Assembly (NCBI GenBank): GCA_036520875.1
Contig: DATDIT010000021.1
Coordinates: 3,149-67,148 of the forward strand
Source of the DNA: Candidatus Acidiferrales bacterium
GTDB taxonomy: Bacteria; Acidobacteriota; Terriglobia; Acidiferrales; UBA7541
DNA length: 64,000 nucleotides
Direction: 5' to 3'
Made by a program: the position numbers and the translations under genes. The notes under the pieces were generated by a model. It searched no databases, was not told where the DNA came from, and saw only the letters and a list, made by a program, of their open reading frames with translations. Below are positions 36,543 through 47,522 of the stretch, piece after piece. Position 1 is the stretch's first letter. The number at the start of each line of letters is the position of its first letter.

Positions 36543-38295
36543 TTGTTGCTTCTCGCCTTCGACGAAAGATCCAGGAAAATCCGAGCAGTGCCGCGGCCGC
36601 CAAGCCCGAGATTGCGTCTCCCGCGGTGCGGTCCCACGTTCGCCGAAAGCGAACCTCAACGCGATGTTCCCCGGCGGCTAGAGGCACAAGTATTTGCGTG
36701 GTCGCTGGACGCGCGGTGACACGGATGCGGCTGGAATCTACCTGGGATTCCCACGAGGGATAATCCGCAATTCGCAACGCGAGGGTGACAGGCGAGGTGC
36801 TTTCCGCCGTGAACAGCTTGCGTTCGGCCGTCCAGCGCTCAACGTGGAGCCTGATTCCCTCGGCCGGTTCAAGAGCATTGGAGGCATGGTCAAATTTCTC
36901 AAACCGAGGCGCCGGATTTGGCGAGACGCCGGCGGGACGTTCGGTATCATCCGGATTCCCAGGGAGGTTAAGACGAGTGAGGCCGATCGGCGCGTATTCG
37001 TCCGTTCCGTCAAAGCCCCGGCGCGAAGCTATTGCGGCTGCAATCGACGGGACGTCCTGGTCGTCCCAATACGCGTCTCGGACGATGGTTACGGCAGTGG
37101 CAGCGATGGCGATAAAACTGACGACGGTTAGGATCCACGATAACCGCCCGCTGCGCACGCTGAAGATTGCCGGAACCAGGAAGAATGCGAAAGCAACAGC
37201 AAGCATCTCAAGCCAGCGCCATGGGAACTGGATGAATCGCAATTCGGGAAGCGTGTTCCATAGCCACAAACTGGTAGGCAACATCAGGAACACCGACGCT
37301 ACGGCCTCGGAAACTAAAATCCACCACAACGCTGGAAACTGTCGCCGCCTACGTGCCGCGAAAATGGCGGCGATACCGGTGATGGCTATTACGCCAGCGG
37401 CGATCCAAGAAACCTTGCTATTGAAAAGCACGAAGTCCGGATCATTTATTCGAGTAAAGAGAAAATTTCTGCTGGGGTGAACTTCGCGGGAAACGGCTTG
37501 CGCAATTTGAACCCAGCGCCGCTCCCAAGCGGCCGGTAAAATGTAAAAGGCTGCGAGGGCGAAACCGCCAGCCATGGCACTGGCACCAAGGAGCAGAGGA
37601 CGAAGACTTTTTCGTGCGATGCACCCGACCAATATCATGAGGACCATCGAGTACGTGGCGATCACAGCCGCCGGAGCATTGGTGAGCCAAATGGCCGCAA
37701 ATATTGCGGCGAGCGAAGGGACGCGACGCCACGCACCGGCAACGACTGGCAAGACTCCCCAAATGAGCAGCGGAAATAAAGCGCCGGCCAACAGCTCCGC
37801 AAAATCGCTGCGGTAATAAACGATCACGAGATTATAGGGATTCACAGCGTATAGGAGCGCGGCGACGACGGCTTGCGGCGGCGGTAACCACTCACGCGCA
37901 AGAATCCACATCGACATTCCCGCTAGGATCAGCGCGAGCCAGATGAACGCACCAGGAACCATTCTCCACGGCACCACTGAGCCGAGAGCGGCTCCGACAA
38001 TCCACGAAGCGGGAGGGTAGAAGATGAAGCGGGGCTCGCCGAGTCCCCAGTTTGCCCACTCTGCCCAGCGGGGATAAACGATCCCTTCGCGCCATTGGCC
38101 CGCCACGTCCATCCAGGAGGCGACGTGGAAATCGAAATCGTGGCCGGAGGCATTGCCGAGGAAGAGCATGGGCATAACTACGAAAGTTGCGGCGATAGAC
38201 AGACAGCCAAAAGGAAGAAGCCACGATGAACCTCCGTGTCGAGACGGAGAGTGCTGCGTGGATGCGGGCTCCAGTAGGATCAGGATAGTCTCCAT
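36520..38295 (-). CDS. polytopic membrane protein, PTPS-related / GT-C-like putative glycosyltransferase
   Basis: It has more than 10 TM helices. An N-terminal loop (GHDFDFHVASWMDVAGQWREGIVYPRWAEWANWGLGEPRFIFYPPASW) matches my memory of the so-called 6-pyruvoyl-tetrahydropterin-synthase-related membrane family. The start is taken at ATG 38295. Confidence 0.55.
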   Translation of the reverse strand: METILILLEPASTQHSPSRHGGSSWLLPFGCLSIAATFVVMPMLFLGNASGHDFDFHVASWMDVAGQWREGIVYPRWAEWANWGLGEPRFIFYPPASWIVGAALGSVVPWRMVPGAFIWLALILAGMSMWILAREWLPPPQAVVAALLYAVNPYNLVIVYYRSDFAELLAGALFPLLIWGVLPVVAGAWRRVPSLAAIFAAIWLTNAPAAVIATYSMVLMILVGCIARKSLRPLLLGASAMAGGFALAAFYILPAAWERRWVQIAQAVSREVHPSRNFLFTRINDPDFVLFNSKVSWIAAGVIAITGIAAIFAARRRRQFPALWWILVSEAVASVFLMLPTSLWLWNTLPELRFIQFPWRWLEMLAVAFAFFLVPAIFSVRSGRLSWILTVVSFIAIAATAVTIVRDAYWDDQDVPSIAAAIASRRGFDGTDEYAPIGLTRLNLPGNPDDTERPAGVSPNPAPRFEKFDHASNALEPAEGIRLHVERWTAERKLFTAESTSPVTLALRIADYPSWESQVDSSRIRVTARPATTQILVPLAAGEHRVEVRFRRTWDRTAGDAISGLAAAALLGFSWIFRRRREATITVTGGG

Positions 38296-38488
38296 CGCCA
38301 GTGTTCTGTGCGTCGAGAATACAAAATTTGGGGGAGGCGCCGCCACTGCCGTGGTTCTTTTCAGGCAGAAAAGCGATTGGCGAACCTTGCCACGTGCCGG
38401 TCGAAAAGCTAGAGTGATTTGCCGCGTCTCCGAGTGAAGAGGCGAGAAGCGCAGGACCGTCCCGGCCCCCATACAAAGGAACCAAAGA

Positions 38489-41146
38489 ATGACTAACGAA
38501 GAAGAGCGGCTGCGCGCGAATGCTGAGCGAAGCGTTAACTGGAGGCGCTGGGGCCCATATCTTGCCGAGAGACAATGGGGAACAGTTCGCGAGGATTACA
38601 GTGCGAACGGTGACGCGTGGAACTATTTTCCGCACGACCACGCCCGATCTCGGGCCTACCGCTGGGGGGAAGACGGCATCGGCGGAATTTGCGACCGCCA
38701 CCAGCACATCTGTTTTGCTCTCGCGCTTTGGAACCAGAAAGATCCGATCCTGAAGGAGCGCCTATTCGGCCTCACGAACCCGCAGGGAAACCACGGTGAA
38801 GATGTAAAGGAATGCTATTTTTACCTCGACGCCACCCCGACGAGCTCTTATTTGAAGTTCCTGTACAAATACCCTCACGCGACGTTTCCATATGAGCAGC
38901 TTCTCCGCGAAAATGCGAAGCGAACGCGGCTGGAACCGGAATATGAGCTGATCGACACGGGAGTTTTTCGCGAGAACCGCTATTTCGACGTGTTCGTGGA
39001 ATATGCCAAAGCAAGCGCCGAGGATGTCCTCATCCGCATCACGGCTTGGAACCGCGGGCCAGAGCCGGCGCGGTTGCAAATTTTGCCGACGCTCTGGTTT
39101 CGAAATCGGTGGTCCTGGGGCGAGAATTACGATCCGCCGCAGGCGTACCAGATCGACGCGCCGCCGGGAACATCGCTGATCGAGATGTCCGAATATCATT
39201 ACGGCAAGCGCTGGCTGCTACTAGAAGGGGCGCCCGAACTTCTTTTTACCGAGAATGAAACGAATGCGGAGCGGCTTTTTCAAGCCAAAAACCGCTCACC
39301 GTATGTGAAGGACGCCTTCCATCGGTACGTGATCAACGGCGAAAAGTCTGCAGTGAATACCGCGCGGAAGGGCACCAAAGCCGCAGGCCTATATAGTGCA
39401 GAGATCGCGCCTGCAAAAAGCTGGACCATTTGCGCCCGTCTGATTGACAAGAATCCCGCACAGAACCAGACGGCCGCAAGGAAACTCTTTGGCGCAAGCT
39501 TCGATGGCATGTTCTCGGAGCGAATAAAGGAAGCCGACGAGTTTTACGCTCAGCGCGCTCACGTCGGGATGGGCGACGATGCCAGGCTGGTGCAACGCCA
39601 AGCATTTGCGGGACTACTGTGGGGCAAGCAGAGTTATCACTACGATGTAAGCCGGTGGCTTCGTGGTGATCCGACACAGCCGACCCCTCCTACTGAGCGC
39701 TACGAAGGCCGAAATCATCGGTGGGTCCATTTGCACAATTCCGACGTGATCTCGATGCCGGACAAATGGGAGTATCCGTGGTACGCGGCGTGGGATTTGG
39801 CGTTCCATTGCGTCGCAATGGCGCTGATCGATCCAGAGTTTGCAAAGGATCAGCTGATCCTGTTCCTGCGCGAGTGGTACATGGATCCGAACGGGCAATT
39901 GCCCGCGTATGAATGGAATTTTTCAGACGTAAATCCGCCTGTGCACGCGTGGGCGGCTTGGCGCGTCTACAAAATTGCGGCCCGGATTCAGGGCCGAGAG
40001 GACCGGAAGTTCCTGGTGCGGATTTTTCACAAGATGCTTTTGAACTTTACGTGGTGGGTGAACCGGAAAGATCCCGACGGAAAAAACGTGTTCGAAGGCG
40101 GCTTTCTCGGACTGGATAACATTGGCATGTTTGACCGTTCGCGGCCCCTGGCTCCCGGCACCACCATCGAGCAATCCGATGGCACAAGCTGGATGGCCAT
40201 GTTCTGCCTAAACATGCTTGCCATGGCGATGGAGTTAGCCCGCGAGGACTCGGCTTACGAGGATGTGGCCAGCAAATTCTTCGAGCACTTCGTCTTCATC
40301 TCGCAAGCAATGAACGACATGGGCGGCGAGGGCATCGGGTTGTGGGATGAAGGCGACGGTTTCTATTATGATGTTCTGCATCGGGCAGACGGCGGCCACG
40401 TCCCGATGAAGGTGCGTTCGATGGTGGGCTTGGTCCCTCTTTTTGCCGTCGAAACGTTCGATCCCGAGGACCTTGCGCGTTTGCCTGCTTTCACTCGCCG
40501 AATGCAATGGTTTCTGAATCACCACGCCGAAGTATCGGAGCACGTTGACATGAGCCAGCGCAACGCGAATGGTGCGCGATTGTTGCTCACCATTGCCAAT
40601 CGAAAGAAACTCGAGCGCATCTATCGCTACGTGTTCGACGAAAAGGAGTTTTTGTCTCCGCATGGAATTCGGTCACTATCGAAATTCCATGAAGAGCATC
40701 CGTTCATGCTGAATGTGGATGGACAGTCGCATTCCGTGGACTACGAGCCTGGCGAATCGACCACCGATCTCTTCGGCGGAAATTCCAATTGGCGCGGGCC
40801 GGTTTGGTTTCCGCTAAACTACCTTCTACTCGAATCAATGCAGCGCGTTCACTTCTATTACGGCGACGAATTCCGAGTGGACTTTCCGACAGGCTCGGGC
40901 CAGAAAAAGACGCTTTGGAATGCTGCGAGCGAGCTCTCGCGCCGACTCTCGCACATTTTTCTCCGGGGAAATGAAGGCCGGCCCGTATATGCCGATACGG
41001 CGCTGTTTCAGCGGGATCCTTTTTGGCGCGATCTAATCTTATTCTACGAATATTTTCACGGCGAAACGGGCGCAGGACTGGGCGCAAGCCACCAAACTGG
41101 CTGGACCGCTTTAGTTGCGAAGCTTATCGAGCAGAGTGGCGAATAG
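38489..41146 (+). CDS. GH63-like glucosidase (MGH1-like glycoside hydrolase)
   Basis: This is an 885-aa ORF. The N-terminus [47 protein letters not shown] and the (alpha/alpha)6 region ([20 protein letters not shown]) are typical of this family. Confidence 0.8.
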   Translation: MTNEEERLRANAERSVNWRRWGPYLAERQWGTVREDYSANGDAWNYFPHDHARSRAYRWGEDGIGGICDRHQHICFALALWNQKDPILKERLFGLTNPQGNHGEDVKECYFYLDATPTSSYLKFLYKYPHATFPYEQLLRENAKRTRLEPEYELIDTGVFRENRYFDVFVEYAKASAEDVLIRITAWNRGPEPARLQILPTLWFRNRWSWGENYDPPQAYQIDAPPGTSLIEMSEYHYGKRWLLLEGAPELLFTENETNAERLFQAKNRSPYVKDAFHRYVINGEKSAVNTARKGTKAAGLYSAEIAPAKSWTICARLIDKNPAQNQTAARKLFGASFDGMFSERIKEADEFYAQRAHVGMGDDARLVQRQAFAGLLWGKQSYHYDVSRWLRGDPTQPTPPTERYEGRNHRWVHLHNSDVISMPDKWEYPWYAAWDLAFHCVAMALIDPEFAKDQLILFLREWYMDPNGQLPAYEWNFSDVNPPVHAWAAWRVYKIAARIQGREDRKFLVRIFHKMLLNFTWWVNRKDPDGKNVFEGGFLGLDNIGMFDRSRPLAPGTTIEQSDGTSWMAMFCLNMLAMAMELAREDSAYEDVASKFFEHFVFISQAMNDMGGEGIGLWDEGDGFYYDVLHRADGGHVPMKVRSMVGLVPLFAVETFDPEDLARLPAFTRRMQWFLNHHAEVSEHVDMSQRNANGARLLLTIANRKKLERIYRYVFDEKEFLSPHGIRSLSKFHEEHPFMLNVDGQSHSVDYEPGESTTDLFGGNSNWRGPVWFPLNYLLLESMQRVHFYYGDEFRVDFPTGSGQKKTLWNAASELSRRLSHIFLRGNEGRPVYADTALFQRDPFWRDLILFYEYFHGETGAGLGASHQTGWTALVAKLIEQSGE

Positions 41147-41161
41147 TCCAGCGACCATTGC

Positions 41162-41779
41162 TTATGTTCCAGGCGCTGGTTCCACCAATTCCATCAAAAC
41201 GCGCTTGCCTTCTGCTGCCGGTACGAGAAAGAAATTTACGCGCGTGCCGTCGGCACCCGCGTGCGTTTCTGGATACACGGGTGTAAGGGCGAACCGGGTG
41301 CGCAGGATTTCCGTGGCCCGGTTTACGCTGGTTACATTCAGTTCAATCTGCTGAATTCCCTCACCAAACTTCTGGAGGTAGCGCGCAATGGCACCCGAGC
41401 CGCCGGGAGCACGTGTGGTCAGAATATCAAATTCCTCGCGCTCACCCGAGCGGAACTCGAATTCCATCGCATCTTGGTCCGGCGGAACGTCGGCCAACCG
41501 CGGCGAGCCGTTCGCGGCGCGGATTCTCTCGAAACTCTCGGGCTGCACCGCGATGCCTACGCTGAATGGGATATCTTCTGAACCTGGCTCTCTTGTCGCA
41601 TCCGCGAAAAAGGGGCTTACCAATTCGCGAAATTCAGGGTCCTTGAGCCACTCGCGCGCTGCGGAGAGAAAGAGCGTGGCCCCTGCCGAGTGCAATTGGG
41701 CTGCGGCCGCAAGCCTTTTCCCTGGGTCGGAATCGGCTAGGCTGCGTATCCACGTGGCTAGATCGCGGCCTTCAGCCAT
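41162..41779 (-). CDS. hypothetical protein with C-terminal VOC (glyoxalase/methylmalonyl-CoA-epimerase-like) module
   Basis: The C-terminus GIQQIELNVTSVNRATEILRTRF ... RVNFFLVPAAEGKRVLMELVEP resembles a VOC beta-alpha-beta-beta-beta unit. The start is taken at ATG 41779, 8 nt after the upstream stop. Confidence 0.45.
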   Translation of the reverse strand: MAEGRDLATWIRSLADSDPGKRLAAAAQLHSAGATLFLSAAREWLKDPEFRELVSPFFADATREPGSEDIPFSVGIAVQPESFERIRAANGSPRLADVPPDQDAMEFEFRSGEREEFDILTTRAPGGSGAIARYLQKFGEGIQQIELNVTSVNRATEILRTRFALTPVYPETHAGADGTRVNFFLVPAAEGKRVLMELVEPAPGT

Positions 41780-41786
41780 GTTTGGT

Positions 41787-42650
41787 TCACTGGTTATGGG
41801 AAGTATGCGGTGGTCGCACGGAATTAACGTTCGAGAGCGAGACATACTCGGTTTGTCCCGACTGCACAGTTACGGGTACATCCCATCGCGGCCGCGCGTC
41901 GCCGACGTCCGCGGCGACATCGAGAGTGCTGATCCAATACTTTCCTGCCGGCACATCGCGCAAAAATCCTTGCCCTTGAAGGTTCGATTCCGCGCGCGCG
42001 ACCAAATATTTAGACTGCGCCAGATCGAGCGCCCGCCGATGAATTTCCGGAGTTCGTCTTCCGAGCAAAGCGTTCCATTTGGGTCCGGGGTCTATCTCGG
42101 CAAGATTGAGATCGATCCCGTCGACGCTTTGCGGATGCTGCTCGATATAGTGGCGAATCGTGTCCATGTACTCGGCCGTGGCTTTCGCGTATTTTTCCGG
42201 ATTCTTCACTTTATCGGAGGCTTTGACTTTGGATTTCGGGAAATCAGCGGATTCATCGCCGGCATTCCTATCCATGTAGGCCGAGAAAAATTCGGGAATG
42301 TCCATGACGTCCGCCGGATGCAGTTTGCGAATGAAGTCTTCACCCGCCAGCGTCACGAATTGGTTCTTCTTCATCCAGGCTTTCAGTTGGGTTGAATAGG
42401 AACCGGAATCCAGTTTGTCGATAAACGTGCTCATGTCCGGTTTCGGATCGTCCGCATCCGCTTCCTTCCCAATTTCCTCGAAACTCTTGCTCAAGAGATA
42501 AAAAGGGAAGCCGCGTACCGGCTCTTCCAATCCTCCCGAGGGAGTGGCGCGCGCCACGAACTCAATGGAACCCTCTTGCGCGATGGCTCGCGGCACGACC
42601 GCAATCATCGCTGTTATCAGGATCGTGAAGAAGCTGATTTTGCTTTTCAT
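41787..42650 (-). CDS. secreted hypothetical protein
   Basis: ATG at 42650 gives the signal peptide MKSKISFFTILITAMIAVVPRAIAQEG. I recognise no family. It lies between the TonB-family gene and the VOC-like gene on the same strand. Confidence 0.55.
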   Translation of the reverse strand: MKSKISFFTILITAMIAVVPRAIAQEGSIEFVARATPSGGLEEPVRGFPFYLLSKSFEEIGKEADADDPKPDMSTFIDKLDSGSYSTQLKAWMKKNQFVTLAGEDFIRKLHPADVMDIPEFFSAYMDRNAGDESADFPKSKVKASDKVKNPEKYAKATAEYMDTIRHYIEQHPQSVDGIDLNLAEIDPGPKWNALLGRRTPEIHRRALDLAQSKYLVARAESNLQGQGFLRDVPAGKYWISTLDVAADVGDARPRWDVPVTVQSGQTEYVSLSNVNSVRPPHTSHNQ

Positions 42651-42773
42651 GCCGGTCATCGTAGCAGAGCAATGCAACGGGAGGCGTTGCGGCACGGGGC
42701 AATGGGACCAGTTGGTTAACGTCCGGCCGCCTGATGCGCGGCGGAAATTAGGGGAACCCGCCCTGCCGCGCCT

Positions 42774-43970
42774 TCAGAACAATTGAAAAGCGACTTCGAT
42801 AATCTGTCGAACGGCAGCGGGCCTCCCATCGGGCCCGCGCGCAGGCGTGAGCCGCCAGGTCCGCACTGCCTGGATGGCTTTTTCATCGAGACCAAGACCG
42901 AGTCCCTTCGCTACGTGAATGTCAGTCACGCGACCATCTGCGGTAACGACCGCAATCAGTTCGACCACGCCTTGCACCTTCACCTTCATGGCTTCATCGC
43001 TATAATCGGCTCGTGGACAATAGAGGCATGCCGGAACACCATAGCCGCCAGTCCCCGCATTCGGCGCGCCGCCGCCAGTATTCCAGCCCTCGCCAGGCCC
43101 GACGCCTGCACCATTTCCATTTCCTACGCCCGAGCCGTGACCTTGACCCATCGAATCGGTGAGGGACTTGCCAAGCGGGTCGCCCCAATTCGGGAGATTC
43201 TGGTTCGGCAATTTAATATCCGGATTGCCGACAACCGTTGGCGTCATTGCGATCTGCGGGTGCTCCACGGGATGAGCCATTGGCGCCGAGAATTGCGTCC
43301 ATGAGAATTTCGGCAATTTTCCCTTGGCAGCCGGCGCGAGGTCGTGCGCGCCACCACCACCGCCGGCCGCCTTCGCAGACGGCTTCAACTTCGCGAGATA
43401 GGGCGAAACGCTCACATCCACCGGCGCCTCAGGGTTGAAGGCCTTTGTGGTCGTCGTGAGGATTCCCGGGAACAGCAAAGGAATGACCACCACGGCGGCA
43501 ATGGCTACCACGTGCACCAGGATTGAAACAATCTGCACGCGATTGAATTGCGTGTTCTTCGACCAAATCTCCGGAACCGGAATGGGTTGACTCGTGGTCT
43601 GGAGCGGGGGCAGTTTTCGGGGCGCGACCCAATCCCGCAGGTTTTGCCAAAGAGTCGGCTCCTCTTTCCAATTCACCAGTAGTGCGGAGTTCACCTTTCC
43701 ACGAGGCGCAGCGCGGAGAAATTCCCGTAGGTTGGCGCTTATGCCGGTGCCAAACTTCGGCATGTCAAATGCGGTGGGCGTGCCTGGCCGGACCTTGGCG
43801 GGACGTTCGGTGAGAAAATCTCGCAAATTCGAATAAAGGCTTTTGAGGCTGGATTCATGAACGGGCGCGGGCAGGTGTCCCAAGCGCAGGCCGGGTTCGG
43901 CTGATCCGCCCGCGGGGCGGTCGGCTTTGTCGAGTCTGGTGCTAAGATCGAACGTTCGCATTACTTGCAT
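42774..43970 (-). CDS. TonB-family protein with long N-terminal cytoplasmic extension
   Basis: The C-terminal TonB domain is YPRADYSDEAMKVKVQGVVELIAVVTADGRVTDIHVAKGLGLGLDEKAIQAVRTWRLTPA. It has a Gly/Pro-rich linker and a single TM helix near residue 155. Confidence 0.8.
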   Translation of the reverse strand: MQVMRTFDLSTRLDKADRPAGGSAEPGLRLGHLPAPVHESSLKSLYSNLRDFLTERPAKVRPGTPTAFDMPKFGTGISANLREFLRAAPRGKVNSALLVNWKEEPTLWQNLRDWVAPRKLPPLQTTSQPIPVPEIWSKNTQFNRVQIVSILVHVVAIAAVVVIPLLFPGILTTTTKAFNPEAPVDVSVSPYLAKLKPSAKAAGGGGGAHDLAPAAKGKLPKFSWTQFSAPMAHPVEHPQIAMTPTVVGNPDIKLPNQNLPNWGDPLGKSLTDSMGQGHGSGVGNGNGAGVGPGEGWNTGGGAPNAGTGGYGVPACLYCPRADYSDEAMKVKVQGVVELIAVVTADGRVTDIHVAKGLGLGLDEKAIQAVRTWRLTPARGPDGRPAAVRQIIEVAFQLF

Positions 43971-44179
43971 CCCATCCGCAGGGGTACCTCATCTTAGACG
44001 CAAGGCTACGCAAAAGGATGTCTGGCCCTGGCGGCTGACACACCTCGAGATTCATTGTAACATTACGTGGCGCGATGCCAAATTCCGGTTTCCACCGCGC
44101 GAATTCGTAGCACAAGCTAACATATCCCAGCCACAAAATGCCGGGGTCTTTCCAGAAAGGGGTTAGCGACTCCCACAAG

Positions 44180-47014
44180 ATGGCGAAAACTGTGGACCTG
44201 AAAAGCACCCTGAACCTCCCTAAAACCGAATTTCCTATGAAAGCGCGGCTGCCGGAGCGCGAGCCTGAACAGCTTGCCGCCTGGGAAGAAATGGGCCTCT
44301 ACGCGCGCATCCTTGAACAGCGTGCCGGTGCACCCCTGTTTGTCCTCCATGATGGTCCTCCTTATCCGACGGGTGAGATTCATCTCGGTACCGGACTCAA
44401 CAAAATCGTAAAAGACATGATTGTGAAATCGAAAACCATGGCCGGCTTCCGGTCACCCTACGTTCCTGGCTGGGATTGCCACGGTTTGCCCATTGAAACT
44501 CAAGTGGAAAAGGAATTGGGTGGAAAGATTACAAAAGTTAGCGCCGTCGAATTTCGCCGCATGTGCCGTGAGTTCGCCGCACGCTATGTAGAAGCGCATA
44601 AGCGCGATTTCAAGCGACTGGGCGTTTTTGGCCAGTGGGATAAACCCTATCTCACCATGGATCCCAGTATGGAAGCTTGCATTGCCGCCGCTTTCATTGA
44701 CTTCTTCGAGAAAGGGTACGTGTATCGAGGGCTAAAACCAGTTTATTGGTGCATCTGCGATCGCACCGCGCTCGCGGAAGCGGAAGTGGAGTACGAAGAC
44801 CATACCAGCCCTTCGATTTGGGTGAAATTCCCGGTCGTACCCGAACCGAAATCATCCGCACTCGGCAGCGACGTCAGTGCTCTCATCTGGACGACTACAC
44901 CCTGGACGCTCCCCGCGAATCGCGCTCTGGCCTTTCATCCGGATTTTGAATACACCGTCGCCGAAACTCCCGCCGGCAAACTCCTGCTCGCCAAAGAGCG
45001 CATTCCAGCACTCGCGGATGAACTGAAACTGCAAATTGGCAACGTCCACGGTTCTTGGAAAGGTTTCGATCTGGAAAGCATTCAGTTCCAGCATCCGTTT
45101 CTCGATATGCGTGTGCCGGCGGTGCTTGCCGACTATGTCACGCTCGATCAAGGGAGCGGCATCGTCCATACGGCGCCGGGTCATGGCGCAGAGGACTTCC
45201 GCACCGGTCAAAAATACGGTCTCGAGGCGTATGCTCCGCAGGACGATGATGGCCGCTTCGTCGAGGGTCTTCCGGAATACAAAGGTAAAACCGTGTGGGA
45301 GGCCAATCCCATCATCGTTGACCTGTTGATGAAGAACGGCATGCTCGTTGGCGGGCGCCAGTTCACGCACAGTTATCCGCATTGCTGGCGCTGCCATAAT
45401 CCCGTGATTTTCCGCGCTACCGAACAGTGGTTCGTGGGACTCGACCACGACGGACTGCGGCAGAATGCCCTCACCGAAATCGCAAAAGTGAAGTGGAAGC
45501 CCGCCTGGGGTGAGGCTCGGATTCGTGAGATGGTAGCCGAACGACCCGACTGGTGCATTTCTCGCCAGCGCTTCTGGGGAGTGCCGCTTATCGTGTTCAC
45601 GTGCGAATCGTGCGGAGCGCAGCTCAAGGATTTTCAGGCGCTGCGGCACGTGCTGCCCTTTTTCGAACGGGAAGGCGCCGACGCGTGGTACGCCCACACC
45701 GCCGAAGAGCTGCTTCCACCCGCGACAAAATGCTCCTGCGGCGCCGCAAAGTGGCGCAAGGAAAATGACATCCTCGACGTCTGGTTCGACTCAGGCTCCA
45801 CGCATCTCGCCGTGCTCAGCGAAAAGGACGGCACCTGGCCCGCCGACGTTTATATGGAGGGTCCCGATCAGTATCGCGGCTGGTTTCAAAGCTCTTTACT
45901 CATCGGGGTCGGCACTCGCGGGCGCGCGCCATACAAACAAGTTGTAACGCACGGCTGGACGCTGGATGAAAAAGGCGCGCCGATGTCGAAATCCCTCGGC
46001 AATGCCATGTATCCGAAGGAAATTTCGGATAAGTGGGGCGCTGATCTTCTGCGCGTGTGGGTCGCCTCCCAAGACTTTACGCAGGATGTGCGCCTGTCCG
46101 ACGCAATGATGACCCAGCTTGCCGAGGCCTATCGCAAAATCCGCAATACCTTTCGTTTTGCGCTTTCGAATCTCTTCGATTTCGAGCCTTCACGCGACAT
46201 CGTGCATGACGCGGACATGTGGGAAATGGACGCCTGGATGCTTCGGCGCACCGGAGCGCTTATCCGCCAATGCAATGAGTGGTACAAGGAATTCGAATTC
46301 CATCGCGTCTATCATGCGATTCAAGATTTTTGCACCGTCGATCTAAGCGCCTTTTATTTCGACGTGCTCAAGGACCGCCTCTACACATTCGCACCGAATA
46401 ATCGCGGACGCCGCTCCGCACAAACAGCTGTCTATCACGTCGCTCGGGCACTGGTCCGCCTGATCGCGCCGATCCTGGTTTTCACTTCGGAGGAAGTTTG
46501 GAAATATCTGCCGCGCGGAGCTTCTGCGCAGCCGAGCGTGCACATGGCCTCACTTCCCTCTCCCGAACCATTCGAGAAGGCCTTCGATGATGCCCGCATG
46601 AAGGAATGGAATCGCCTTCTCTCCGTCCGCGAAGAAGTCCTAAAAGCGCTCGAACCTCTGCGCGCCGCAAAAACGATCTCTGCGGGTCTTGAAGCGCGCG
46701 TTACCCTTGCGGCTCAAGGCGGACTGGCGTGGATACTGCGCAAACATGTCCTCAGCCTCCCGGCCTTTTTCATCGTTTCGCAAGTTGAAATCGCCGCAGA
46801 CAATGCAGACATCGTCAAGCCGGCGGGCAGTGCTGATGACGGACTGCGGATCCACGTCGATCGCGCCCACGGGAAGAAGTGCCCACGCTGCTGGAATTAT
46901 TCGACCCGCGTAGGCGAAAGCAAAGACTATCCTGACGTCTGCGAACGCTGCGTCGCCGCAATGGATGAGATCGAGCGCGACGGAGGCAGCGTGGCGGGGA
47001 GTGCCGCCTCGTAA
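44180..47014 (+). CDS. ileS: isoleucine--tRNA ligase
   Basis: The N-terminus is TLNLPKTEFPMKA. It has a HIGH-type motif (PTGEIHLGT), a KMSKS-type motif (APMSKSLGN) and a C-terminal zinc knuckle (CPRCW ... CERC). ATG at 44180 is preferred over 44138. Confidence 0.97.
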   Translation: MAKTVDLKSTLNLPKTEFPMKARLPEREPEQLAAWEEMGLYARILEQRAGAPLFVLHDGPPYPTGEIHLGTGLNKIVKDMIVKSKTMAGFRSPYVPGWDCHGLPIETQVEKELGGKITKVSAVEFRRMCREFAARYVEAHKRDFKRLGVFGQWDKPYLTMDPSMEACIAAAFIDFFEKGYVYRGLKPVYWCICDRTALAEAEVEYEDHTSPSIWVKFPVVPEPKSSALGSDVSALIWTTTPWTLPANRALAFHPDFEYTVAETPAGKLLLAKERIPALADELKLQIGNVHGSWKGFDLESIQFQHPFLDMRVPAVLADYVTLDQGSGIVHTAPGHGAEDFRTGQKYGLEAYAPQDDDGRFVEGLPEYKGKTVWEANPIIVDLLMKNGMLVGGRQFTHSYPHCWRCHNPVIFRATEQWFVGLDHDGLRQNALTEIAKVKWKPAWGEARIREMVAERPDWCISRQRFWGVPLIVFTCESCGAQLKDFQALRHVLPFFEREGADAWYAHTAEELLPPATKCSCGAAKWRKENDILDVWFDSGSTHLAVLSEKDGTWPADVYMEGPDQYRGWFQSSLLIGVGTRGRAPYKQVVTHGWTLDEKGAPMSKSLGNAMYPKEISDKWGADLLRVWVASQDFTQDVRLSDAMMTQLAEAYRKIRNTFRFALSNLFDFEPSRDIVHDADMWEMDAWMLRRTGALIRQCNEWYKEFEFHRVYHAIQDFCTVDLSAFYFDVLKDRLYTFAPNNRGRRSAQTAVYHVARALVRLIAPILVFTSEEVWKYLPRGASAQPSVHMASLPSPEPFEKAFDDARMKEWNRLLSVREEVLKALEPLRAAKTISAGLEARVTLAAQGGLAWILRKHVLSLPAFFIVSQVEIAADNADIVKPAGSADDGLRIHVDRAHGKKCPRCWNYSTRVGESKDYPDVCERCVAAMDEIERDGGSVAGSAAS

Positions 47015-47520
47015 TGCGTCCCACCTCACGCCCCGCATGGCTCCTGACCGTTCTCGCCACGGTCGTTCTCATTCTGGATCAAGCGAGCAAGTACGCCGTC
47101 CAGAATTTCACTCAAACGGGATCGAGCCGCGTCTTGATTCCCGGCGTCCTGAATCTCGTTCATTCCAGTAATCCGGGCGTGGCTTTTGGACTGTTGGCTG
47201 ACTCCCAAATGCCCTGGCGCGCGCCTTTGCTGATCCTGTTTTCGGTGGCGGTGATCGGATTGATCGCGTGGTTGCTGGTCACGGATCGCGCCGGGGGCCG
47301 GCTCGGCCAATGGGGTATGGCGTTGATCCTCGGCGGGGCTGCAGGGAATGTTTTGGACCGCATCGTCCGCCATAGCGTTACCGATTTCATCGACTTCTAC
47401 GTTGGTAGCTACCATTGGTACACTTTCAACGTCGCTGATTCTGCGATTGTGGTCGGCGCTGCCTTGGTTCTGCTCGAACTCCTTCGCGATTGGCGCCATC
47501 CCAGCCAGGAACGGGCCTGA
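47014..47520 (+). CDS. lspA: lipoprotein signal peptidase (signal peptidase II)
   Basis: Supporting segments are NPGVAFGLL and FNVADSAIVVGA. The start overlaps the ileS stop (TAATG). Confidence 0.9.
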   Translation: MRPTSRPAWLLTVLATVVLILDQASKYAVQNFTQTGSSRVLIPGVLNLVHSSNPGVAFGLLADSQMPWRAPLLILFSVAVIGLIAWLLVTDRAGGRLGQWGMALILGGAAGNVLDRIVRHSVTDFIDFYVGSYHWYTFNVADSAIVVGAALVLLELLRDWRHPSQERA

Positions 47521-47522
47521 CA

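Noticed and set aside
41981-41995. GGTTCGATTCC, a tRNA T-loop-like string.
   Set aside because: The flanking bases cannot form a T-stem or an acceptor stem, and the string lies inside a coding region. I saw no tRNA cloverleaf anywhere in the window.
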